From positions 958-64,957 of the forward strand of contig JBGTGO010000050.1 in assembly GCA_041746675.1 (NCBI GenBank): a stretch of DNA of 64,000 bases, in the 5' to 3' direction. The translations under genes and the position numbers were made by a program. A model generated the notes under the pieces. It worked only from the letters and a program-made list of their open reading frames with translations. It was not told where the DNA came from and searched no databases. The DNA comes from Pyrinomonadaceae bacterium (GTDB lineage: Bacteria > Acidobacteriota > Blastocatellia > Pyrinomonadales > Pyrinomonadaceae). Position 1 is the stretch's first letter; each line of letters starts with the position of its first letter. Positions 36,930 through 45,611 of this stretch are shown in pieces.

Positions 36930-37805
36930 TTGCCATCACAATTTGTTGACGGAGCAAGAGAGTTTCGTTTGACGGCATCGGTTTTTCAGCATCAACTTTC
37001 GACCTTTCCGAAAAAGTTTGCCGAAGTCTGGGGTTATAACAATTCCATTCCCGGACCGACCGCCATTGCTTACGAGGGCGAGAAACTTCGGTTTATCGTT
37101 ACAAATCAATTGCCTGATCCGACAACCGTCCATTTTCACGGGTTACATCAGACCAATGATAATGACGGAGTCGCCGGTGTCAGTCAGTTAAACCCGATCA
37201 ACCCGGGCGAAACTTATACCTACGAAATAACTCCCGAACATACGGGAACTTTCGCTTATCACTCGCACTATGAAACAGCTAAACAAGACCTGAAGGGATT
37301 GAACGGAATGATAGTTGTGTTGCCGCGGCGGGAGTCAAAAGAAGAACACGTTGACCGCGATTTTGTGTTCGTGCTGCAATCCTGGTTCTGGGAATCCGAA
37401 GGCAGTCCGATTGTTGTCTTTCCCGGTACAATAAACAAAGAATTTAACATTCACACAATGAATGGAAAAACCCGTGATGCCGCCGAAGAAATTCCTCTGA
37501 AGGTCGGACAGAAGGTTCGTCTGCGTGTTTATAACGTCGGTAATCTTTCCCACGCGATGCACGAACACGGTTTCGATCTGACGATTGAATCTCAAAATGG
37601 TCACAAACGTCCGGTTCAGGCTCAATTTGAAGTCACCACTTTCGACATCGGTCCGGGTAATTTTTACGAAGTTACCTTTACACCGGATAAGCCGGGAAAA
37701 TGGCTTTTCCATTGCCACGTTCCACACCATACATCAAACGAAGGAATGTCCGGTCCGGGCGGTTCGCCGGCTGGAATGTCGCGTGTTTTCAACGTAACCA
37801 ACTAA
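36930..37805 (+). CDS. Two-domain multicopper oxidase; N-terminal signal peptide apparently out of frame
   Basis: All four Cu-ligand motifs are present: HFHGL, YHSHY, HAMHEHG and HCHVPHHTSNEGM. The open frame has only a TTG start and no signal sequence. A 38-codon ORF in another frame (36833..36949) encodes a signal-peptide-like MLNEKTEIPSTFYVLLFTIAFGVNWIWEVSQTFA. Confidence 0.75.
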   Translation: MPSQFVDGAREFRLTASVFQHQLSTFPKKFAEVWGYNNSIPGPTAIAYEGEKLRFIVTNQLPDPTTVHFHGLHQTNDNDGVAGVSQLNPINPGETYTYEITPEHTGTFAYHSHYETAKQDLKGLNGMIVVLPRRESKEEHVDRDFVFVLQSWFWESEGSPIVVFPGTINKEFNIHTMNGKTRDAAEEIPLKVGQKVRLRVYNVGNLSHAMHEHGFDLTIESQNGHKRPVQAQFEVTTFDIGPGNFYEVTFTPDKPGKWLFHCHVPHHTSNEGMSGPGGSPAGMSRVFNVTN

Positions 37806-37825
37806 ATACAGGGGAAGGATAAATT

Positions 37826-38230
37826 ATGAAAAACATTTTAAAAGCAGGCGGCAGATATAAGGCAGTAATATTAACTGTTTTGCTATTTACGATGACTGCT
37901 TCCGCTCAAATAAAACTGCGTAATGCTCTCGATTATGATGGCGACGGCAAAACAGATGTGGCGGTCGTCCGCGAAGTTCCGGTTGATAATCCGACAAATC
38001 TCGTCTGGTATATTTTGAATAGTTCCGACGGTTCGTTCAACATATTTTCTTATGGAAACGCCACGGATTTCACCGCTCAGAACGATTACGACGGCGACGG
38101 AAAAACTGACCTTGCCGTGTGGCGTGAAGAAAACGGAAGTTTTTATATACGAAACAATAACGGAAGTTCAAATGTCGTCAAGTGGGGCAACACCGGTGAT
38201 TATCCGATTGCCGCTTACGATTCTCACTAG
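37826..38230 (+). CDS. Small secreted FG-GAP/VCBS-repeat protein
   Basis: Signal peptide (…TMTASAQ) and two DYDGDGKTD(V/L)AV(V/W)RE repeats. Confidence 0.65.
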   Translation: MKNILKAGGRYKAVILTVLLFTMTASAQIKLRNALDYDGDGKTDVAVVREVPVDNPTNLVWYILNSSDGSFNIFSYGNATDFTAQNDYDGDGKTDLAVWREENGSFYIRNNNGSSNVVKWGNTGDYPIAAYDSH

Positions 38231-38274
38231 CTTAATTTTTTTCGGATTGTTGAAGTATCGAATCTTCAACTTAC

Positions 38275-38348
38275 GGCGGATAAATAAACAGATTATTTCA
38301 GCGGCGATTGTTGCTGGTATACTCGATTTTATTTATCCGCCTTTTTTT
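38275..38348 (+). terminator. Hairpin plus T-run terminator at the end of the efflux operon
   Basis: GGCGGATAAATAAA (38275-38288) pairs with TTTATTTATCCGCC (38328-38341), followed by TTTTTTT. The loop is large (about 39 nt). Confidence 0.55.
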
Positions 38349-38401
38349 GTCGTCAATATCAAGCTGGACTGACGATTCGGATAAATTCATATAATCAAAA
38401 A

Positions 38402-38438
38402 TTGTCTAAAAACAGACAAGCAGTTTGTTTTTAGACAA
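38402..38438. promoter_or_regulatory. 16-bp inverted repeat, candidate enhancer-binding-protein site
   Basis: TTGTCTAAAAACAGAC-AAGCA-GTTTGTTTTTAGACAA with one mismatch. It lies about 50-90 bp upstream of the sigma-54-type promoter at 38490. Confidence 0.45.
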
Positions 38439-38489
38439 ATAGTTTTATGGCAAAAATCGTAAGTTGTTGAATCAATAGAAAAATTAATA

Positions 38490-38505
38490 TGGCATAATCT
38501 TTGCT
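38490..38505 (+). promoter_or_regulatory. Sigma-54 (-24/-12) type promoter of the regulator operon
   Basis: TGGCATAATCTTTGCT compared with the consensus TGGCACG-N4-TTGCW, with exact GG/GC spacing. It lies 37 nt upstream of the ATG at 38542. Confidence 0.6.
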
Positions 38506-38541
38506 TTTCTTCTATTTTAGTATTTTTTCATTGCTTCAATT

Positions 38542-39069
38542 ATGAAAATGTTCAAATCTTACAAAGAAATCTGGTTCGGCGGTTTGTTGGGATTGGCAAT
38601 GTGGCTGGTTGATGCCGTGATGCACGTCGAACTCGGGGCGGATGTTCACGCCGAAAGTCTGTGGTCGGAAATTTTCTCGCCGCATCCGACAGCTTTGATT
38701 TTTCGACTGCTGTATCTGATCATCGCGGTCGCTTTCGGAGTTTTTTTATGGCGTGCAAACTGGCGTGAACGCGAACTGCGGGCATTGGAACAATCGGTAA
38801 TATCGTTTCAAAGACAACTCGATGCACCGGCTCTAAGAATTTTGGGAGCAGTTCGGCAATTGCATAAACGCAACTCGATTCGATTGGATGAAACGGCGGA
38901 AAAACTTGCCGGAGAAATTGATTTTGATGCTAATTTAATAGACGAGCTTGCCAAAAAATATCTTGAATTCAGCCGTCTGGTGCAGGAAGGCGAACGCGAA
39001 CAGGCAATCGAATTTCTGAATTCGCTCCAACTAAAACTTGCACAAACACAAATTTCTACCAAACAGTGA
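38542..39069 (+). CDS. Small membrane protein (two TM helices + cytoplasmic coiled coil), first gene of the regulator operon
   Basis: WFGGLLGLAMWLVDAVMHVELG and LIFRLLYLIIAVAFGVFLW helices followed by an alpha-helical tail. Its stop overlaps the regulator's start (GTGA). Confidence 0.5.
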   Translation: MKMFKSYKEIWFGGLLGLAMWLVDAVMHVELGADVHAESLWSEIFSPHPTALIFRLLYLIIAVAFGVFLWRANWRERELRALEQSVISFQRQLDAPALRILGAVRQLHKRNSIRLDETAEKLAGEIDFDANLIDELAKKYLEFSRLVQEGEREQAIEFLNSLQLKLAQTQISTKQ

Positions 39070-40439
39070 AATCCGAAAATAAAAAAGTAATTCTACTAGC
39101 GGACGACGATGATAATCTTCGCCGCGTACTGGAATTTCAGCTTTCGGAAGAAGGCTTTCAGATCGAATCGGCAAAAGACGGTGCGGAGGCTCTCGATATT
39201 TTTAACAAAAATGATTTTGATTGCGTTATTACTGATTTGCGGATGCCGAATTTGTCGGGTTTGGAGTTACTCGAAAGGATTAAAGTCATAAATTCGGAGA
39301 TTCCGGTCATCGTCATCACGGCGTTCGGAGAGGTTGAAACGGCGGTTACGGCAATGAAAGCGGGAGCATTTGATTATATCAACAAGCCTTTTAACCGCGA
39401 CGAGATTTTACTGATTATTGAGCGGGCGGTTAATTTCAGCGAAACAAAAAATGAAAATCGGCAACTGCGGGAAATTGTCGAGAAAGAATTTCGTCTCGAC
39501 AAAGTGATCGGCGATTCACCGCAAATGCGTAAAGTTATGAATCTCGTCGGACGTGTTTCGCGTTCCGATGCGACCGTTTTAATTACCGGCGAATCAGGCA
39601 CGGGAAAAGAACTTATCGCTAAGGGAATTCATTTTTCGGGCAAACGTGCGAAAAAGGCATTTATCCCGATAAACTGTGCGGCAATTCCCGAAAGTTTGAT
39701 CGAAGCGGAGCTTTTCGGTTACAAAAAGGGAAGTTTTACGGGAGCGATTTCCGATTCGAAAGGGAAATTTGAAGCGGCGGACGGCGGGACGCTTTTTCTC
39801 GATGAAATCAGTGCGATGCCGCTTGCCTTGCAGCCGCGTCTGCTCCGCGTTTTGCAGGAACAGGAAGTTGTCCGCGTCGGCGAAAATAATATCCGCAAAG
39901 TCGATGTCCGCATCATTGCCGCGACCAATGAAAACTTAAAAGGAATGGTTGAAGCAGGCAATTTCCGCGAAGATCTATATTTTCGGCTGGCAGTTGTTCC
40001 CGTAAATCTGCCGCCGCTGCGTGTTCGACGCGAAGATATTCCGCTGCTTATCAATCACTTTTTCAAACTATCGAAAACAAAACACGGTTTTGAAAACTTA
40101 AAGATCGAACGCGGGATTTTTAACGCTTTAGCAAATTATTCTTTCCCCGGAAACATCCGCGAACTTGAAAATCTGGTTGAAAGAATGATTGTGTTGTCGG
40201 ACGAAAAAAGCCTGACGGTTGCCGACATTCCCGATTATATCAACAAACCTTCGCAAACTTTCGGCAGCATTAAATTTGAACTGCCTGTCGAAAGCATTTC
40301 ACTTGACGATGTTGAACGTGAAATTATCCGACACGCTCTCGCAAGGCACGACGACAATCAAACACAAACCGCAAAATATCTCGGCATCACCCGCAGTGCA
40401 TTGATCTACCGGATGCAAAAATCAGGTTTGAATGAATAA
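39066..40439 (+). CDS. Sigma-54-dependent response regulator (NtrC/ZraR family: REC-AAA+-Fis HTH)
   Basis: Receiver domain (DDDDNLRRV…VITDLRMP). AAA+ domain with GESGTGKE, GSFTGA (a GAFTGA variant) and LFLDEI. C-terminal HTH QTQTAKYLGITRSALIYRMQK. Confidence 0.9.
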   Translation: MKSENKKVILLADDDDNLRRVLEFQLSEEGFQIESAKDGAEALDIFNKNDFDCVITDLRMPNLSGLELLERIKVINSEIPVIVITAFGEVETAVTAMKAGAFDYINKPFNRDEILLIIERAVNFSETKNENRQLREIVEKEFRLDKVIGDSPQMRKVMNLVGRVSRSDATVLITGESGTGKELIAKGIHFSGKRAKKAFIPINCAAIPESLIEAELFGYKKGSFTGAISDSKGKFEAADGGTLFLDEISAMPLALQPRLLRVLQEQEVVRVGENNIRKVDVRIIAATNENLKGMVEAGNFREDLYFRLAVVPVNLPPLRVRREDIPLLINHFFKLSKTKHGFENLKIERGIFNALANYSFPGNIRELENLVERMIVLSDEKSLTVADIPDYINKPSQTFGSIKFELPVESISLDDVEREIIRHALARHDDNQTQTAKYLGITRSALIYRMQKSGLNE

Positions 40440-41505
40440 GAAAAACCTTATAACTTCAGCAATATTTTTGGGCAGTGCGATTCTGCTAGTTTCCGCACTG
40501 CACTTTCTGACTCCGATGGATAATCTTGTTTTTCACCAAATTTATCAAAGACTCTATTACATACCGATAATTTTAGCGGCTTTTTGGTATGGCTGGCGTG
40601 GCGGTCTGGGAGCGGCACTTTTTGTCAGCGTTTGTTATTTGCCGCATATTATTATGTATTGGCAGATGCAAAATTATAATTACGCCCTCAATCAATACGG
40701 CGAAGTTGCGATGTTTTTTATTATCGGTGCAGTCACGGGTTGGCTCGGCGATCAAAAACGCCGTGAACGTGAACGGGCGGAAGCGATCAACGCCGAACTG
40801 CAAACTGCTTACGCCGACCTGCGGCAAACGTTCGACCAACTTCTGCAAGCCGAAAAACTTTCCTCATTAGCCGAAATCGCTTCGGGCGTTGTCCACGAAG
40901 TCCGCAATCCGCTTGGGGCGATCAAAGGTGCAGTCGAGATTTTAGAAGACGAATTAGCCGCGGACAGCCCACGCCGCGAATTTGCAGCCATCGCCAAGAT
41001 GGAAGTCGAACGGATAAACAAATTGGTCAGCGAATTCTTAAATTTTGCCCGCACGCCGAAACTCGAAAAAACACCGACGGATGTTAATGACTTAATAAAT
41101 TCCGTGTGTCTTTTAATCGAACCGCAAGCCGTCGAGCAGAGTGTTGCGATCATCAAAAATTTTGCTATGGACTTACCGGAAGTTTCCGTAGATACCGAAA
41201 AGATCAAACAAGTTATACTGAATCTCGGACTCAATGCAATTCAAGCAATGCCGAAGGGCGGCGAGATCGGCTTTTCGACCAAATTTGATAAAAACTACGT
41301 ATCAATCGAGGTTTCCGACACCGGAACGGGAATCAAGGATAAAGAACTACGGCGAATCTTTGACCCGTTCTTATCGACAAAAAAGAAAAGTCTGGGTTTA
41401 GGACTGTCGATTGCTTACAAGATCGTGTCTGAACACGACGGAACTTTAGTTGCAGCAAATCATCACAATGGAGCAGTGTTTGTTCTAAAACTTTCGATTG
41501 GGTGA
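40432..41505 (+). CDS. Sensor histidine kinase with a membrane-embedded N-terminal domain
   Basis: Four hydrophobic segments with only short loops. H-box HEVRNPLGAIKG. HATPase motifs (LNLGLNAIQAM, DTGTGI, GLGLSIAYKIV). Overlaps the regulator gene by 8 nt. Confidence 0.85.
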   Translation: MNKKNLITSAIFLGSAILLVSALHFLTPMDNLVFHQIYQRLYYIPIILAAFWYGWRGGLGAALFVSVCYLPHIIMYWQMQNYNYALNQYGEVAMFFIIGAVTGWLGDQKRRERERAEAINAELQTAYADLRQTFDQLLQAEKLSSLAEIASGVVHEVRNPLGAIKGAVEILEDELAADSPRREFAAIAKMEVERINKLVSEFLNFARTPKLEKTPTDVNDLINSVCLLIEPQAVEQSVAIIKNFAMDLPEVSVDTEKIKQVILNLGLNAIQAMPKGGEIGFSTKFDKNYVSIEVSDTGTGIKDKELRRIFDPFLSTKKKSLGLGLSIAYKIVSEHDGTLVAANHHNGAVFVLKLSIG

Positions 41506-41537
41506 GGAATGCGGGTCGAACATTTTAGAAAAGAAAA

Positions 41538-41573
41538 GGCTTCCAGCTAAATCTATCAACACCGCCGGAAGCC
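41538..41573. terminator. Hairpin between convergent kinase and receptor genes
   Basis: GGCTTCCAGC / GCCGGAAGCC (10 bp, one mismatch) with a 16-nt loop. A-rich on the left and T-containing on the right. Confidence 0.4.
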
Positions 41574-41579
41574 TCTAAT

Positions 41580-43725
41580 TTAAAAACGCAGAGTGTAGCT
41601 GGCACGTACGCCACGCCCGATTTCAGGAGCAATTATTTTCAGAAACGACAGATGATTACGATAGAGTTTGTCGGTTAGATTATAGGCACTAACCGATAAA
41701 ACATTTGCCGTCCGACCTCTAATGAAGGTGTAGGAACCGTTGACATTGACAATTCCGTAACCGGCAGTCGGTGTTTCAAAATCGAAAACCCGCTCCTGTC
41801 TGCCCGCCAGAAGTAACTCGGGACGGATGCTGAAATTTTTATAATTATAATCAAGTCCGAGCGTTCCCCGAAAAGGAGGGATTCGCGGCAACGGCTGATT
41901 TATATCCGTTAATTCAGCCCGCACATAATCCATTTTGGCGTTAAACCAGAGATTGTTGATAACTTCGGCTTCAACCTTCGCTTCGGTCCCGAAGTAACGG
42001 CTGTTACCCTGCACATAGTTGACGATCGGGAGGCTTGATCCGGCATCGAATTCGCCCGTAAAAGCCGGAAAGATAAAGTTTTGAAGATTGTAGTAATAGA
42101 CGCTTCCCTCAAGTCGCAGCCGGTCGGTGCCGTGTCGAAGTGAAACATCTATGCCGTCGCTCCGTTCGGCATCAAGGTTTGGATTTCCGATGTCAAACAG
42201 AAGTATTCCGGGATGCGGTCCGTTGTTGTAGAGTTCTTCGAGTGCCGGAGCCCGAAAACTGTGCTGATAATTGGTAACGAATGAGCCGCCTTTCCAGAGC
42301 GGTACGCGAACGCCGGCACTGCCCGAGAATCCGACAAAGTTTCGATTGGGCAAATTGCCTTCGGGTTTGTAACCGTTCTGCTCAATGCGTCCGCCGAACT
42401 GAAAGCCGATCCGCTCGAAATCAATTCTCTCAAGAGCGTAGACGGCAAATGAATTCTGCTTGGTGCGTGGTGCGGGAGCTTCTGCACCAACCGATTCAAA
42501 GTCGCGTGTAAATCCTGAAAAACCGAATGTGCCAGAGAGTTTACCAAACCGCCGATGATTGAAATTTGCCCGGTAATTAAAATTTTTGTTAGTGGCGAAA
42601 CCTTCAAATTCCGTTTTGTTTTCATCAATTTCAAATTCGAATTCGCGGGCGGTGTAATCATTGTAACGAACCGCAAAATCGCCGCTCTCGATAAAACTTC
42701 CGATTCGCTGCAAGCCGCCCTTGACATCGTAACTGTGGCGACGCTCGCGGTAGTATTCGAGATCAAGTTCATCGGCATCGACCGGAATACCGTGCCGCCG
42801 CCAGTCATCGCCGTAGGTAAATGTCAGCCAGCCTCTGTTTGCAAAATAGCCGCCGCCGCCGCTGAAATTGCTTGTGCGGGCGTAGGAGTTGCGGACAATG
42901 CCGAGCGGAGTGTAGTAATCATTGGCTTTCTGTATGCCGCCGTTCGCAAAGAACATAAAGTTTTTGTAACCGTATTTCAAGCCTCCGCTTCCACCGGCTG
43001 CCCAGTTGTTAGTTCCGCCGAAAGCGGTCAGATAACCCGCCAGACCATCCTGATATATGTCATTGGTTGAGATTCCGTTGACCACGCCGCCGATTGCGTT
43101 CGAGCCGTAGAGAAGTGTCGCCGGACCCTTGACGATCTCGACCCGTTCAAGCGAGAGAACATCAATCGGTTCAACCTCATCAGCCGATTGCGAAGCGATC
43201 CCGCCGACCCGCAAACCATCCTTTAAGACAAGCACCCGGTCCGAAACTTCGGTTAGCCACACCCAATTGATTTTTTAACGCTTCGCCGATGGAAATCGTA
43301 CTTTTTTCCGCCAATTCCAACGCTCCGACCGATGTCACCGCTTGATAGGAATCGTCAATAGATTCCGCCGAACCGGTTGCCGTTACCGTCACCTGTTCGC
43401 GGATCGAACTGAGTTTCAGCTGAAAGTCAGCCGTGGTTGAACCGGCAGCGGTTACTTCGATTGTTTTTAATACATCCGGCACGTGGTCAATGTGGGCGAC
43501 AATGTCATATCTGCCGGCAGGTATTCCGGCAAATTCATAAACACCGTTTTCATCGGTTTGTGCCGACCGCTTTAGTTGCGAAATCGTCACCACCGCATTT
43601 CCTGCTGGTGTCGTTGAACCTGTGATTGTGACGGTTCCCCGTAAAGTGTTTCCAGTTTGGACAGATTGTGCATAAATACTGCCAATTAGGGTTGAAAGCA
43701 GCAATAACAGGTTTGCTGTGTGAAC
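41580..43725 (-). pseudogene. TonB-dependent receptor with an N-terminal carboxypeptidase-regulatory-like domain, disrupted in the plug domain
   Basis: ORF 43180..43704 gives a signal peptide, a CarboxypepD_reg-like domain (RGTVTITG…GVYEFAGIPAGRYDIVA) and the start of the plug (…RSFGPG). ORF 41580..43262, in another frame, continues with DRVLVLKDGLRVGG…VEIVKGPATLLYGSNAIGGVVN and the barrel, ending in …ASYTLRF. At the position where a start is expected, the best signal peptide (xKKKFVHTANLLLLLSTLIGSIYAQS) begins at an ATT codon (43723-43725). Confidence 0.75.
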
Positions 43726-43787
43726 AAATTTTTTCTTAATAATAGATTTAATAGTAAGTTTTTAGTAAATTTTGTTGCAAATGGAAT

Positions 43788-43802
43788 TGAAAATCAATTT
43801 CA
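43788..43802. promoter_or_regulatory. Fur-box-like 7-1-7 palindrome upstream of the TonB-dependent receptor
   Basis: TGAAAAT-C-AATTTCA compared with the Fur 7-1-7 core TGATAAT-N-ATTATCA. It lies about 65 nt upstream of the receptor's start region. Confidence 0.3.
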
Positions 43803-44068
43803 ATAAAGAATAAAGTTAAAATTTTTAGGTTGTGTTGTCAATAAGGAAAATAGTTTTTTCGCAAATGGTAAAAATACTTAACTCTTTGCCAAGTATTTCA
43901 TTTTGACTTCACGATTTTGGTTATTTTGTTGATCAAAATTATTAGATGAATTAAATGCTTCGGCACACATTCAAACAAGATTAAATAAGCGGCAGCTTAT
44001 TGGATTCCTCCGTCCGTACCTCGTTTTTTCCGGGCTGCAGTCTGATTTTCAGATATTATTGGTGTGGT

Positions 44069-45319
44069 TTATTTACCGATTTTGGCAAAGTCCGCCTGTT
44101 TGTCTGCGGTCGGTTTTTCAGCGTTTTCCGTCAACCATTCGACGAGCATCTGCTCCTGTTTGAACAGAGCGTGTTCCGGTTTATCGTTGGCTTCGTCGGT
44201 AACTTGCGGCATTTTGAAAAAGACCGAAAGCTGTTCCTGCACGCCGCCTTTGCCAAGCCGTTTGGCGTATTCGAGCAAGCGAGCGATTTCGATGACGAGC
44301 GGTGCGGCGAGAATCGAATCTTTGCAGAGAAAATTGATTTTCATCTGCATTTTCTGTCCCAAAAAGCCGATCAGATCAATGTTGTCCCACGCTTCTTTGT
44401 CGTCGCCGCGTGGACGATAATAGCGGATGTCAACAATATGATCTTCAACTTTGTAGCCGAGCATATCGTCCAAAACCGAGCCTTTCGTCGTAACTTTCGA
44501 TTTCAACGAATCGGGATCTTTGAGGGCGAGTCCGTCGCGGTTTCCCAGAATATTTGTTGAAAACCAGCCATCAACTTTTAATGCTCTCGATTTCAAGCCC
44601 GGAGCGATGACGGTTTTGATAAAAGTCTGTCCGGTTTTGCCGTCTTTACCCGCGAGCGGAACGCCTTTTTGTTCGGCATATTCGACAAGTGCGGGAATGT
44701 CCGCCCCGACCGACGGCGTGAAATTTCCGTAAGCCACGCCTTCGCCGATTGCCGCGTAAGCGTAGATCATTGCCGGACTGATCTCGGCGGAATTGTCGTT
44801 AATCGCGTTTTCAAACTTTTCGAGCGACTGAAAAATTTCCCCCATTTTGTCAACGAAACTTTCGGTCGAGGCGAGATTTATCATCACAACGCTGTCCAAA
44901 CCCTTTTCGTTTTTAAAATTCCTGATATTTTCGCGGACGGCTTCGATACATTCGTTATGATCTTTGCCCTCGAAAACATTTGCTCCCGTGATGTTTTTAC
45001 AAAATTTAGTATTGCACACGGCGGCTAAAGGTTTCACCGAACTCAATTGCTCGTTCGTATTTTGAAACTGCTGCAACGTCAGCACATCGTGCGTCGTCGC
45101 GGCTTGTGCCAAGTCGTCCGCAAACATATCCCAGCCGCCGACCACCATATTTTCATAAGCGACCAGTCCGACGGTCAAATTTTCCGGCATCGCTGCTAAC
45201 GGCAGACCTTCCGTCCCGATATTTTCGCTTTTCAGCAGCTCGATTCCGGCAACCGCCGTTGTCGCCACCGCTCCGCCGAGACCGACGATCATCACTCCGA
45301 ATTTTGAATCATTTGTCAT
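44069..45319 (-). CDS. ino1: myo-Inositol-1-phosphate (inositol-3-phosphate) synthase
   Basis: N-terminal NAD-binding VMIVGLGGAVATTAVAG and the conserved LGNRDG and KMQMKINFLCKDSILAAPLV regions of bacterial/archaeal MIPS. A 7-bp hairpin (43984-44001) lies downstream. Confidence 0.85.
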   Translation of the reverse strand: MTNDSKFGVMIVGLGGAVATTAVAGIELLKSENIGTEGLPLAAMPENLTVGLVAYENMVVGGWDMFADDLAQAATTHDVLTLQQFQNTNEQLSSVKPLAAVCNTKFCKNITGANVFEGKDHNECIEAVRENIRNFKNEKGLDSVVMINLASTESFVDKMGEIFQSLEKFENAINDNSAEISPAMIYAYAAIGEGVAYGNFTPSVGADIPALVEYAEQKGVPLAGKDGKTGQTFIKTVIAPGLKSRALKVDGWFSTNILGNRDGLALKDPDSLKSKVTTKGSVLDDMLGYKVEDHIVDIRYYRPRGDDKEAWDNIDLIGFLGQKMQMKINFLCKDSILAAPLVIEIARLLEYAKRLGKGGVQEQLSVFFKMPQVTDEANDKPEHALFKQEQMLVEWLTENAEKPTADKQADFAKIGK

Positions 45320-45611
45320 TATTTTTACTTCCTACCCGTGCTTGATTATACCGAAAAAACAAAAAACCTCCGGTTGAAATTTCCCGAAAAAACTTCTCCG
45401 CAAGGCTTTCTATATTTACATCGAGGACTTAAATATTATATTACAGAGTCCTCCGACAGGTTACAAACTTTAATCGCTAATCATCCTGTTTCTACGAAAA
45501 TTTGCTACTAACTGATGTTACGTAATCTTGTGAACCTGTGTTTGTTTGACAAATAACATTCTTCACGCCCGCTATATTTCTTCTCAAGCTGATTTCTAAA
45601 TGTCCGTGCGT

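Noticed and set aside
42149-42808. 219-aa ORF in an alternative frame of the TonB-dependent receptor barrel.
   Set aside because: It is on the same strand but out of frame with the receptor sequence, which has the conserved barrel and the terminal aromatic residue. It has no motif of its own.
44000-44560. 186-aa plus-strand ORF (and 44064..44420, 44669..45028) opposite the inositol-phosphate synthase gene.
   Set aside because: They are antisense to a gene with clear family motifs over its full length. The translation is Phe/Arg-rich with no recognisable domain.
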